The notes beneath the pieces are model-generated. The model was not told the origin of the DNA and made no database searches. It worked only from the letters and a program-made list of their open reading frames with translations. DNA of 64,000 nucleotides from Macrostomum lignano (Eukaryota), in NCBI GenBank assembly GCA_002269645.1, contig NIVC01000872.1:109545-173544 (forward strand), in the 5' to 3' direction. The position numbers and the translations under genes are program-made. Below, piece after piece: positions 1 to 11,900 of the stretch. Positions within the stretch are counted from its first letter, which is position 1. Each line of letters begins with the position of its first letter.

Positions 1-27
1 TTTTGGTACCGGGTTCGGGGTTCGCGG

Positions 28-267
28 TAGGGGGTGTTCGGGTCGGGTTTCGGGTTCGTTCATTCATTCATCCCTTCATTCGTCACTCGATCCTGGCAAA
101 AAGATCATTTTTGAAGGATCGAAAAAGGGTCGGGTTTCGGTCCGGGTCGCGTTTTGGGTTCGGGGTACAGGGTCCAGGTCGGGTCGGGGTTCGGGGATCA
201 GTGTTTCGGGTTTGGGGTGAACCCGGAACCCCCGAACCCGGAAAAATGGAAACCCGAGCACCCCCAA
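28..267. mobile_element. Probable MITE / non-autonomous DNA transposon fragment with inverted ends
   Basis: TAGGGGGTGTTCGGG (28-42) is an imperfect inverted match to CCCGAGCACCCCCAA (253-267). The interior is CGGGTTCGG/CCCGAACCCG motifs. No TSD is visible, and similar motifs run to the window edge. Confidence 0.4.
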
Positions 268-1261
268 CACAATGTAATGCCTAACAGTCAAACTATATAT
301 GCGGCAGCCAAATTCAGAAGTGGCCATCATCACAAAGCATTCAATTATTCGATTTCATAAAGCACCTTTTACAACCGTTGACGCAGCAGCTATAGGCAAT
401 CTTCTTTGACGATAAATTTCTAATTTCATTTCCAAACCAATTTCGACAGCATCTCATCCGGGAGGAAAGCTGTAGCTTAACAAAAGCCCAGACTTGATGT
501 CAGCATACATGCTAAAGAAAGAGGAAGAAGATAGGAAGACAACAAGATTCCAGTCGAATTTGCCAAGCCAGTTGAGCACACTGACAGATATAGTTTGCTT
601 AAGAAAAATTTCCTTTAGACGGATGAATTGCAACTGGATTTACATGCAGCAATGAAGATCTGCGTGTACTGCAGCTTGGAAACTGTTTGCTTGGTCGACA
701 ATAAGCGAAAGAGTTTCAATCGTGTGTTTGGTTTCCTGGGCTCTGGTGGGCTGGCAGGCTGAGAATACAAAAAAGCGAACTGATTCAATGCATCCAGCTT
801 GACTGTGGGAGCCCTCTCTGCATCACGTTTCCGCTTTTGTTGGCTGCTCTACAAGACAAGTACGACGTGTTGATCGGTCGATTCGGTCCACTGTTTTATA
901 GTAGCACATTACTTGTAATATTAGTAATAAAGCATGTAGGCTGAACTATCAAGTTCAAACAGGGCATTTAGACACGAACTGTCAGTTTTACAGCCTACAA
1001 CAGACTGAAATCTAGTTATAATACAAGCATTAATACAAACAGGCCCTTGTGCTCCACGCATGCATGAGAAGTGTTAGTTGCCATAATGAAGATTAAAATT
1101 GTTTGCACCGAGAAGAGCAACTCTGGCGAGTTTTCTACAGGGTGGCTAAAGCAAATAAGAAAGAAGGCGTGAATTGTAAACTTTGTTGACAGATTTTGTG
1201 ACGCTGGGAGGTGAAAGCTGCTTTGTAAAAATAAGGGTTCCAAAAGAGGGGAGAGTAGAAA

Positions 1262-1868
1262 AGAGAGAGAGAGAGAGGGATAGACGGGGAGGGAAAGGGA
1301 GAGACTGAGAGGGAGAGGGAGAGACTGAGATAGAGAGGGTAGGAGGGAGAGGGAGAGACTGAGATAGAGAGGGTAGGAGGGAGACGGGGGGGACTGAGAT
1401 AGAGAGGGTAGGAGGGAGAGGGAGAGACTGAGATAGAGAGGGTAGGAGGGAGAGGGAGAGACTGAGAGATAGAGGGTAGGAGGGAGAGGGAGAGACTGAG
1501 ATAGAGAGGGTAGGAGGGAGAGGAAGAGACTGAGATAGAGAGGGTAGGAGGGAGAGGAAGAGACTGAGATGGAGAGGGTGGGAGGGAGAGGAAGAGACTG
1601 AGATGGAGAGGGTGGGAGGGAGAGGAAGAGACTGAGATGGAGAGGGTAGGAGGGAGAGGAAGAGACTCAGTGAGAGAGTGAGAGGGAGAGAATGAGAGGG
1701 AGAGGGAGAGACTGAGATGGAGAGGGTGGGAGGGAGAGGAAGAGACTGAGATGGAGAGGGTAGGAGGGAGAGGAAGAGACTCAGTGAGAGAGTGAGAGGG
1801 AGAGAATGAGAGGGAGAGTGAGAGACTGAGACGGGGAGGGAAAGACTGAGGGAGAGAGAGACTGAGAA

Positions 1869-1910
<42 letters not shown>

Positions 1911-1925
1911 GTAGAGAAAGAGACA
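1262..1925. repeat. GA-rich minisatellite (~30-bp unit AGAGGGAGAGACTGAGATAGAGAGGGTAGG) ending in (GA)n
   Basis: Tandem copies read directly. Confidence 0.9.
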
Positions 1926-2694
1926 GGGTAAGATGAGCTCAGGGCATGCAAAAAATGAAAGGTCACACGGGCTTCAAGATATGAAGGTTAATGAGAGAGA
2001 ATGTCAAATTCCTGGATAAAGCTGATTAATAGGTAAAAGTTAAGAGTTACAATTAACTAATGAACTCCAATGGAAATATTTCAAAATTTGAGTGCAATCG
2101 TAAAAAATTATTGATTTTTTGAGAACAGAAAATTCCGTTTTAGGTAGGCCACTAATGAATGCGATCTGTCTTACTGCGTGAGGGGATAGAGTGCAAATCA
2201 ATACAGAGTGATTCAGACAGCCCGGCAGACACACTAATAATAGCTAGGAAGTCTGTGCATGGAGAAAATGACGTCCATAAATAATGATGAGCATCTTTAT
2301 TGATTTTTCCCCACAGGCATGCATCAAACAGTGATGGTCGAACTAGTGAAAAAATAGTATATAAGGACTTCCTCTTGCTATGCGCATACCCGTAGTATAT
2401 GCATATATTGAAGTGGCTCTTACTGCCACTCACTATATACCCTCAGCTAATACAAAAGTGGATTCTTTAGCCACCCCAACGTTTTCCCTTCTCTCGTTTC
2501 CCGACGCAATAATCTTCCAGTCCAGCCACCCAAATTTCTCCCATCTAATCTTAACAGTATATACAATAATACAGTTAAACAGTCGCGGATGGTTGAACCG
2601 GTTTTCCTAGAAAATGCTGGCTCAAGAAAAGTCTGTTGTATGGAAAAAATATAAATACAGAACAAAACTTACATTCGATTATTATTATTATAAA

Positions 2695-3056
2695 GGGGGC
2701 CGTAGCCCAGCGGTAGCGCAGCTGCTCTGGTGTGCCAGTGACCCAGGCTCGATTCCAAGTGCAGTCACATTAATTTGGGGCTGAATTGGAATTTCGGCTT
2801 GGCTCTGCTCGTGAAATTAACGGCCTTGAGAGCCAACCCCCCAAGGCGCAGTGAAGTGTACATGCCTAACGATAAAATAAAGTTAGGGCCGCTGTACACT
2901 CCTGTGTGAGTGTGTGCCTGCGTACGTATCCGCGCGCTTGTATGCCTGCTCAGGGGAGTCGGCGGAATGGGCAGTAATGCCTCTCGCCGGTTGTGTGCCA
3001 ATGTCGCTTGAAGTGCGCCAGGGTGCACACAACCCCCCTGCCTCTAATAAAAAAAA
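2695..3056 (+). mobile_element. tRNA-derived SINE family 1, full-length copy
   Basis: GGGGCCGTAGCCCAGCGG (A-box-like) and GCTCGATTCC (B-box-like) head, AATAAA/poly(A) tail. Near-identical to copies at 38358 and 51921. Confidence 0.9.
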
Positions 3057-4499
3057 TACATTAGATTATTTAGTTTATTTACTTTTTATATAAATATTAC
3101 TTTAGCCTACTGCAAAATGGTTTTCAACAAGAATAAACTCTTTATCGACTCCATGGAAACCGGTTAAATATAAGCCATATTTCAAAGATCGAATAAAGCT
3201 GTTAGAACTTTACGTTTAAAAAGTCAGTTAAAACAAATTCACTGCTTTCTATCTCTGTCTCACTTTGTCTGAAGTAATCTAAAAAATGTCAAAGCAAAGT
3301 TACTCAGCTTTTTAATTTGGCTTTGCTTGTTCAGATAATCCTCATTTCTACAGCTAAATAACACGTTAAAACGTTTTGGGAGACTTCATGGTAGCTTAAA
3401 ATTGAATGATCCGGCTAACTTAAAAAAAAATTTTCATTAGTAGTTCAGGAAATTCAATGACTTAAAGATAGCGTTCTTCAACAGACTTTTTTCTACTTTG
3501 TGGTCATTATTCCCGTACACCCGTACTTGCCAGTGAATTTCTCTGTAACAATATTGTCCTAAAATAACTATTTATTGCGAGAAAATATTTAATAATGCAA
3601 ATTAATTACCTAATTACCCATATTACCCACCTCGATTACGTATCAAATCGCACTACAGAGCTGTGACGTAATACTTTGTTTGAATAGACACTCAAACAAG
3701 TGCCTTTACGCATAAGATGAATAGAAAAATTCTATCATTTCATAAATACAGTGCAAAGATAAATTATTAGTTTATTTATTTTAAGTTTGACCCAATGTTT
3801 AACAAAAAAAGAGCGTTAAGCGATAAGTTAATAACAACCCCAATTAGCGACGTCGTTACCACAAGTTGAAGTGCTTCATGGGTTCCCTGAATCGCGTCCT
3901 GGTGCTCGTGAAACTCAGCAAACATATCCAGTTTCACGAAGTCACAACCTTACTAAGGCATCGATTATAGAAGTCGAAATTAATGGAATTCTTGTCGCGG
4001 TAGCACCTGTGTGGTGCCTCGAGCTAGAGAAATCCATTTTGTACAATTCTTCATTGCACTTGTGCGCTCCCGTCAGCAGGATGTTAAAAAAGAATTTCTC
4101 TCCCGGCGTACCACACTGACTGTCTCTCGCACTGCACGCAACGTCCATCATCCCCTAACCTTAGAGTTGTCAACACGTGTTGACAGTTTGAATCCATCCA
4201 CGCAATCTAACCTTCTTCTGGGGCAGCAGCTGCGACGCATCTGCGTCTGCACTGGATGCGTGCCCCGACTAAGGCGGCCTTGAACCAGAATCTGGAGTAA
4301 CAAATCCCCCCCCCGAGGCACTCATTTTCAATGCACCATGAGGCTGGCAGCAGTCTGTTCGGTTTGCAACTCAACAGATTGGGGCCGGGTTTCTGCGTCA
4401 TGCCTTTTTAATGTTGCCGTAGCTTTTGTTTGATGGCATTTTATTAGTTTTCAGCAGCTCACTTTTGATCATTGGATTTCAATAATAATAGTCTATCCG

Positions 4500-4945
4500 T
4501 CTACCTCCTCCATATACGTCTCTCCCATCACTCTCCGTCTCTCCCCTCTCCCCCTCCGCTTCTCCCTTTTCCCTTCCGTTTCTCTCTTCTCCCCCCTCCG
4601 TCTCTCCCCTCTCCCCCTCCGTCTCTCCCCTCTCCCCCTCCGCTTCTCCCCTTTCCCTTCCGTTTCTCTCTCCTCTCCCCCTCTGCCTCTCCCCTCTGCC
4701 TCTCTGCTCTCCCCCTCTGCCTCTCTACTCTCCCCCTCTGCCTCTCCCCTCTCCCCTCTGCCTCTCTACTCTCCCCTCTGCCTCTCTCCTCTCCCCTCTG
4801 CCCCTCTCCTCTCCCCCTCTGCCTCTCCCCTCTCTGTCTCTCCCCTCTCCCCCTCCGTCTGTCCCTTTCGCCCTCCATCTCTCTCTCCCCTCCATCTCTC
4901 CCCTCTCCCCCTTCGTCTCTCCCGTCTCCCTCTTCGTATCTCTAT
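4500..4945. repeat. CT-rich low-complexity repeat
   Basis: CTCTCCCCTCTCCCCCTCCG-type tandem units. Confidence 0.9.
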
Positions 4946-5849
4946 AGAATGATTTATTGATCATGTTTGGACCCAACCTGAACAGATGGCAGGCTGATAA
5001 CTTACCCTGTCTAGTCAATGAGACACTTTGCGTTGGGAAGAGAGAGAGAAGCACCGATCCAGCAGCAGCTGCATGGCACGCCTCAGTTTCTAACAAAATT
5101 AAGGCAAGTTCCGCAGCGGCCTCTGCTCTCAGGCAGCTGATCCATGCGCCAAAGCGGAACGTCCCATCGTGCATAAACTACGTGGGAGGAAATGCATTAG
5201 ATTAGGGAAGACATGCAGCTTTTAAGCTTCTAGCTCAAGGGCTTACAAGGGGGCTGGGGGGAGAGACGGAATCCCGTCAAAGGCAGTCATGGAGTATTAA
5301 ATAGGTAGTCTACTACTAAACTACTACAACCAGCCTGACCAAGCCAAGTATAGCTAATAATGTCCGTTATGAACTGGGGTTAAACTCCCAACAACCGCTA
5401 ATGAAGCGTGTAAAAAACGAATATTTAGACAGCTAGCGCTCTTAAGGAGGCTGAGTTCTTCATCCTATTGTCATTTGGCTCTCTAGCTGATCCCGCCTGT
5501 AATCGTAACTGACGTTTCGGTATTTCTGGATGTAATAAATGTACACTCAAGGTTTCCATCTCGAAACCAGGAGGTAAACAAGTGGCCAGCTTTAATCCAA
5601 CTCTACCTATAATTCTCTCCAGTCTCTCCTCACCAGCCTAAGCTGCATCACCCATGGCTGAGCTAAGAACCTCGGGCGCAGTGTGAATTCGCGAAAAATC
5701 ACAATTTTGACTTCTTTATAAACGGTTGTAAAATCCTTCTGGAAATTACGTACTTATCCTTCTTCTTCTCAGAATAGGGGCTCGAAATCCGCTTTTATTT
5801 TGCAATTCTTTTACTCTTTCCGAGGCTGATTTTAACAGGCGTTAAAAAG

Positions 5850-6335
5850 CCGATTTCTAACAATAAGGCCGATAAGCATTAAAGGTCGATTTCTTAGAAG
5901 TTTAACGGCCGATTTCTTACAATAATTGAAGGCAGCTTTTTTAGAATTATTGAAGGCTGATTTCTTAGAAGGTATTGAAGGCCGATTTTTTTAAAGTATG
6001 GAATGCTGATTTCTTAGAATTATTAAAGGCCGATCGTTTAAAAGTATTTAAGTCCGATTTCTTAAAATATTTGAAGGCAGATTTCTTGGAAGAATTGAAG
6101 GCAAATTTCTTAGTAGTATTAAATACTAATTTCTTATAATTATTGAAGGCCGATCTTCTGAAAACATTGAGGGCGGATTTCTTAGGTATTGAAGGCCGAT
6201 TTCTTAGAAATATTGAAGACTGATTTCTTAGACGGTATTGAAGGCTGATTTCTTAAAAACATTGAAGGCCGTTTTCTTAGAAACAGTAGAAGCCAATTTC
6301 TTAGAAGAATTGAAGGCCGATTTCTTAGAAGTTAC
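5850..6335. repeat. Degenerate ~24-bp minisatellite (TTGAAGGCCGATTTCTTAGAA core)
   Basis: Tandem degenerate units ending ~20 bp before the GPCR splice acceptor. Confidence 0.85.
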
Positions 6336-6357
6336 CTTCACCAACTTTTACCCGCAG

Positions 6358-6632
6358 GCTACGTGAATTCGTTTCTGAACCCAATTATCTACGCCAAGTT
6401 TAATCGCGACTTCCGCATGCCATTCAAGCACATCCTGCTTTGTCACTGCCGCTCTATCAACAACCGACTCAGGGCTGAGCAGTACGCAGAGCAGTACGGC
6501 CTGACTGGAAACAGTCGCAAAGCCTCCTCCGCTGCCACCAGTGCCGGTCGCTTGCAGCGGCGTCGCAGCTCCGACGCGAATGCCCGGCGGGCGAGGCACA
6601 ACCTGGACAATGGGGCCGAGCATGCCATGTAA
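6358..6632 (+). CDS. HTR7: Terminal exon (TM7, helix 8, C-tail) of an aminergic GPCR, 5-HT7-like serotonin receptor
   Basis: Acceptor cccgcag|GC (phase 1), then YVNSFLNPIIYAKFNRDFRMPFKHILLCHCRSINNRLRAEQYAEQYG. This has the NPxxY motif and closely resembles, from recall, the invertebrate 5-HT7 tail NPIIYATLNRDFRKPFQEIL...QDQYG. No upstream exons found in the window. Confidence 0.8.
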
Positions 6633-6792
6633 CCTGGGAATTCGTTCGAGAATTCTAAATTCGAAAATTTACTCGAGGAGGTCAGCTGATCCCAAGCAAA
6701 CAGCTGAGAATTGAGTGTGATTTGCTAGGCCATCAAATTATCTACTTCATCCGTTAGTTGTCACCTGTTAACTGTCAGAATTTCATTTGTCC

Positions 6793-6928
6793 GCTGGGTG
6801 AACTGAAACAAATCAGAATTAAGTGTCCTACTCAAGGACACTACAAATTGTTCCGAGCTGTGAGTGGAGAATCGAACCCGCGACCTTTCAGTTTTGAGTC
6901 CGACGCTCTAACCACTAGGCTACAACCT
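6793..6928 (-). mobile_element. tRNA-derived CORE-like SINE family 2, 3'-truncated copy
   Basis: Minus strand reads GGTTGTAGCCTAGTGGTTAGAGCGTCGGACTC...GGTTCGATTCTC...GTGTCCTTGAG; matches the copy at 38128-38800. Confidence 0.8.
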
Positions 6929-8099
6929 TAGTTAGGACTAACAATTATAACGCTATTCAAAGGCACCTCGAAGCCGTTAGAATTCACGTTTTCGAAAATG
7001 GTAGCAAAAAATGATTTAAAAAACAAACAAAAGTGACTCATAAACTTTTTGAACCCGTGCAGTTTTCCTAGAAATTTCACGTCAGGCCTTTTTGACAGGG
7101 TTTTATCCAGCAACCATCACGGAATCAACTAACTAGTGCAAGTTCATTTTTCAGTTCTTTTTTTCGGTCCTGCCCGTAGCAGATAAATGTATTAATAATA
7201 GTTCTTATTTTCCTAACTAAGCAGCTTGCTTTCAAAACCGTAAATAATATTGTTGATGACAAGTTTTTGTCTCCGTGGAAGAGACGTGACCTGATAGAAT
7301 GAATGATAATTATTAATTATAATCTTCCTGTAAATATTTTGACTCTTGACGCACAATCAAAAACGAAGTAACCGTTTTTAATTTATGCTTGCTGTCAGTC
7401 TTTTTTTCAAAGGAAATTTCATTCGATTCGTTTGATTTATACTATGCTAGTGTAACTGCACAACATGGCTTTAAATTGCTTTTTGGCTTCAACTATTCTT
7501 GTAATTTTTATTCTTTAAACAAACTATATATTAACTTTATTTGCTAACTTTATTGTTCAGCTTAAAACAAAACAATGGCTTAACACGTACACAAAATTGT
7601 AGACCTAATCGTCTGTGATAAATTCCATCGCTTGAGTGCACTCGGTTTTTTGAGCAGGGTGCACCCATCCCAACATCAGTACGCATCAATCGTAGTGCTT
7701 GTATATCATGTTTGTAAAATTATTATTTACTTTACATAATAATAGTAACAAATAAATATATTTACAAGACTTATTTGTGCGCTTAAATGCTTTGTCATTA
7801 TAGGCAAACCGTCATTGGCTTTGGTAGAGTTCGATATGACATTAACAAAAATTGACTTTCTGATTATTTGCATTTAATTCTTTAAACAGGTATAATTTAG
7901 TTCTGTCTTATACGCAGCTTCAGCTGATAAATACATGTATTAGATAAAATGCAATTAAAATACGTTTGACAAAGTAATTTACACAACATATCGGCAGTTG
8001 ATTCATACAGGTAAATCCTAAGTTACCTAATGTATTTTAACTTTACAAATCGATAGTCAAATTTACTTGGAAACGAAAATGCCTTCGAGAATTTAACTG

Positions 8100-8352
8100 A
8101 TATTATTAATACATATCGGATGCTGACTCATTTAACCTACCCACAGAAGGTAATGTATTTCGACAATTATCAAAGTTACATTTCGATACATATCGGATAG
8201 ATTGACTCATTTATTCTACGCATAGAAGGCCATTGATTTAAACAATTAACAAAGTTACTTTTCGATACATATCGGATAGACTGACTCATTTACTCTGCAT
8301 AGAAAGCCATTGATTTAAACAATTAACAAAGTTACTTTTCGATACATATCGC
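8100..8352. repeat. ~77-79-bp tandem repeat (about 3 units) in the WDR6 3' region, each unit with CGATACATATCG
   Basis: Motif recurs at ~8110, 8184, 8263 and 8340. Confidence 0.8.
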
Positions 8353-8355
8353 CAA

Positions 8356-8875
8356 CTATGCATGCACTCGAATCGCTTGTAAACCTTGACCAACGGTTAG
8401 CAGAGTGAAATCTTGTTCCCCATCAACTCCAGCGTCAGTCACGAGCAGCATCAGCCGTTGGGGATCAGTCAGTGCCAGCCGGCACTCGGCAAGACAGTCA
8501 ACCCTGTCACCATCTGTTTCCTGGAATAGCCAAACTCGAACGCAACAATCGGCGCCTAAACTGACCAGCCGCCGGGTTGAAGCGGAGGTAGCAGTCGGAA
8601 CCGGTGCCACAGACAGAGTCGACGCGGAATGACCAACCGAAGACTGCAAAACCTTGGCAGCTTCGCCTGTAGTTGCAGAAAACCTGCAGACACCGACTAG
8701 TCCGCTGTCCAAGGCTAGGAACAGCAGGCTGTCACAACCCGGCTGGCAGACGTCGTTAATGCTGCAGGACAGCCGAACTACTAGCTGAGTGGTCACTGAG
8801 CTGACTGACAGATTGGCACTGTTGATTGAACAGGACAGCCATAGCAGTGCGCCATCAGATGCCGAGCATGCAAAC
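8356..8875 (-). CDS. WDR6: WDR6 exon 17 (last)
   Basis: FACSASDGALLW...GHSASTLSV...LVSLGADCCVRVW...VGQGLQAIRVHA*. Phase-2 acceptor cacag| at 8875 (alternative taag| at 8884). Confidence 0.85.
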
Positions 8876-8959
8876 CTGTGATCGCTTAGGATTGACGGCC
8901 TGCCAATGGAGTAAAAAGGCACTCTCTATGCGATATTGTGACTGGGAGCTCCCTGATCC

Positions 8960-11900
8960 CAATTTGGGATTTGAGAATCACGAAGCAAAACATTGCGATT
9001 TTAGTATCCCGAATGCTTTAATATTGGGATTTGAGGATCCTGATGCTTCAATACTGGGGTTTGAGGATCCTGATGCTTTAATACTAGGATTTGAGGATCC
9101 TGATGCTTTAATACTGGGATTTGAGGATCCTGATGCTTCAATATTTGGATTTGAGGATCCTGATGCTTTAATACTGGGATTTGAGGATCCTGATGCTTTA
9201 ATACTAGGATTTGAGGATCCTGATGCTTTAATATTGGGATTTGAGGATCCTGATGCCTCAATACTGGGATTTGAGGATCCTGATGCTTTAATACTAGGAT
9301 TTGAGGATCCTGATGCTTTAATACTGGGATTTGAGGATCCTGATGCTTTAATATTGGGATTTGAGGATCCTGATGCTTTAATACTAGGATTTGAGGATCC
9401 TGATGCTTTAATATTGGGATTTGAGGATCCTGGTGCTTCAATATTGGGATTTGAGGATCCTGATGCTTTAATACTAGGATTTGAGGATCCTGATGCTTTA
9501 ATACTGGGATTTGAGGATCCTGATGCTTTAATATTGGGATTTGAGGATCCTGATGCTTCAATATTTGGATTTGAGGATCCTGAAGCTTTAATACTGGAAT
9601 TTGAGGATCCTGATGCTTCAATATTGGGATTTGAGGATCCTGATGCTTTAATACTAGGATTTGAGGATCTTGATGCTTCAATATTGGGATTTGAGGATCC
9701 TGATGCTTCAATACTGGGATTTGAGGATCCTGATGCTTCAATACTGGGATTTGAGGATCCTGATGCTTTAATACTGGGATTTGAGGATCCTGGTGCTTCA
9801 ATACTGGGATTTGAGGATCCCGATGCTTCAATACTGGGATTTGAGGATCCTGATGCTTCAATACTGGGATTTGAGGATCCTGGTGCTTCAATATTGGGAT
9901 TTGAGGATCCTGATGCTTCAATACTGGGATTTGAGGATCCTGATGCTTTAATATTGGGATTTGAGGATCCTGATGCTTCAATATTTGGATTTGAGGATCC
10001 TGAAGCTTTAATACTGGAATTTGAGGATCCTGATGCTTCAATATTGGGATTTGAGGATCCTGATGCTTCAATACTGGGATTTGAGGATCCTGATGCTTCA
10101 ATACTGGGATTTGAGGATCCTGATGCTTTAATACTGGGATTTGAGGATCCTGATGCTTTAATATTGGGATTTGAGGATCCTGATGCTTTAATACTGGGAT
10201 TTTAGTATCCCGAATGCTTTAATATTGGGATTTGAGGATCCTGATGCTTCAATACTAGGATTTGAGGATCCCGAATGCTTTAATACTGGGATTTGAGGAT
10301 CCTGATGTTTCAATACTGGGATTTGAGGATCCTGATGCTTTAATACTGGGATTTGAGGATCTTGATGCTTTAATATTGGGATTTGAGGATCCTGATGCTT
10401 TAATACTGGGATTTGAGGATCCTGATGCTTTAATACTAGGATTTGAGGATCCTGATGCTTTAATACTAGGATTTGAGGATCCTGATGCTTTAATACTAGG
10501 ATTTGAGGATCCTGATGCTTTAATATTGGGATTTGAGGATCCTGATGCTTCAATATTTGGATTTGAGGATCCTGAAGCTTTAATACTGGAATTTGAGGAT
10601 CCTGATGCTTCAATATTGGGATTTGAGGATCCTGATGCTTTAATACTAGGATTTGAGGATCTTGATGCTTCAATATTGGGATTTGAGGATCTTGATGCTT
10701 TAATACTAGGATTTGAGGATCCTGATGCTTTAATACTAGGATTTGAGGATCCTGATGCTTTAATATTGGGATTTGAGGATCCTGATGCTTCAATATTTGG
10801 ATTTGAGGATCCTGAAGCTTTAATACTGGAATTTGAGGATCCTGATGCTTCAATATTGGGATTTGAGGATCCTGATGCTTTAATACTAGGATTTGAGGAT
10901 CTTGATGCTTCAATATTGGGATTTGAGGATCCTGATGCTTCAATACTGGGATTTGAGGATCCTGATGCTTCAATACTGGGATTTGAGGATCCTGATGCTT
11001 TAATACTGGGATTTGAGGATCCTGGTGCTTCAATATTGGGATTTGAGGATCCTGATGCTTCAATACTGGGATTTGAGGATCCTGATGCTTCAATACTGGG
11101 ATTTGAGGATCCTGGTGCTTCAATATTGGGATTTGAGGATCCTGATGCTTCAATACTGGGATTTGAGGATCCTGATGCTTTAATATTGGGATTTGAGGAT
11201 CCTGATGCTTCAATATTTGGATTTGAGGATCCTGAAGCTTTAATACTGGAATTTGAGGATCCTGATGCTTCAATATTGGGATTTGAGGATCCTGATGCTT
11301 CAATACTGGGATTTGAGGATCCTGATGCTTTAATACTGGGATTTGAGGATCCTGATGCTTTAATATTGGGATTTGAGGATCCTGATGCTTTAATACTGGG
11401 ATTTTAGTATCCCGAATGCTTTAATATTGGGATTTGAGGATCCTGATGCTTCAATACTAGGATTTGAGGATCCCGAATGCTTTAATACTGGGATTTGAGG
11501 ATCCTGATGTTTCAATACTGGGATTTGAGGATCCTGATGCTTTAATACTGGGATTTGAGGATCTTGATGCTTTAATATTGGGATTTGAGGATCCTGATGC
11601 TTTAATACTGGGATTTGAGGATCCTGATGCTTTAATATTGAGATTTGAGGATCCTGATGCTTCAATACTGGGATTTGAGGATCCTGATGCTTTAATATTG
11701 GGATTTCAGGATCCCGATGCTTTAATACTACGATTTGAGGATCCTGAAGCTTTAATACTGGAATTTGAGGATCCTGATGCTTCAATATTGGGATTTGAGG
11801 ATCCTGATGCTTCAATACTGGGATTTGAGGATCCTGATGCTTCAATACTGGGATTTGAGGATCCTGATGCTTTAATACTGGGATTTGAGGATCCTGATGC

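Noticed and set aside
380-1240. Possible TE-derived coding remnant (also 3870-4430 and 59890-60260)
   Set aside because: No diagnostic motif could be identified by eye; left unannotated pending BLASTx.
5490-5570. Penelope-type hammerhead ribozyme (CGAAACGTCAG on the minus strand)
   Set aside because: The required upstream CUGANGA core and stem II are absent; nearby GIY-YIG-like peptide similarity is too weak.
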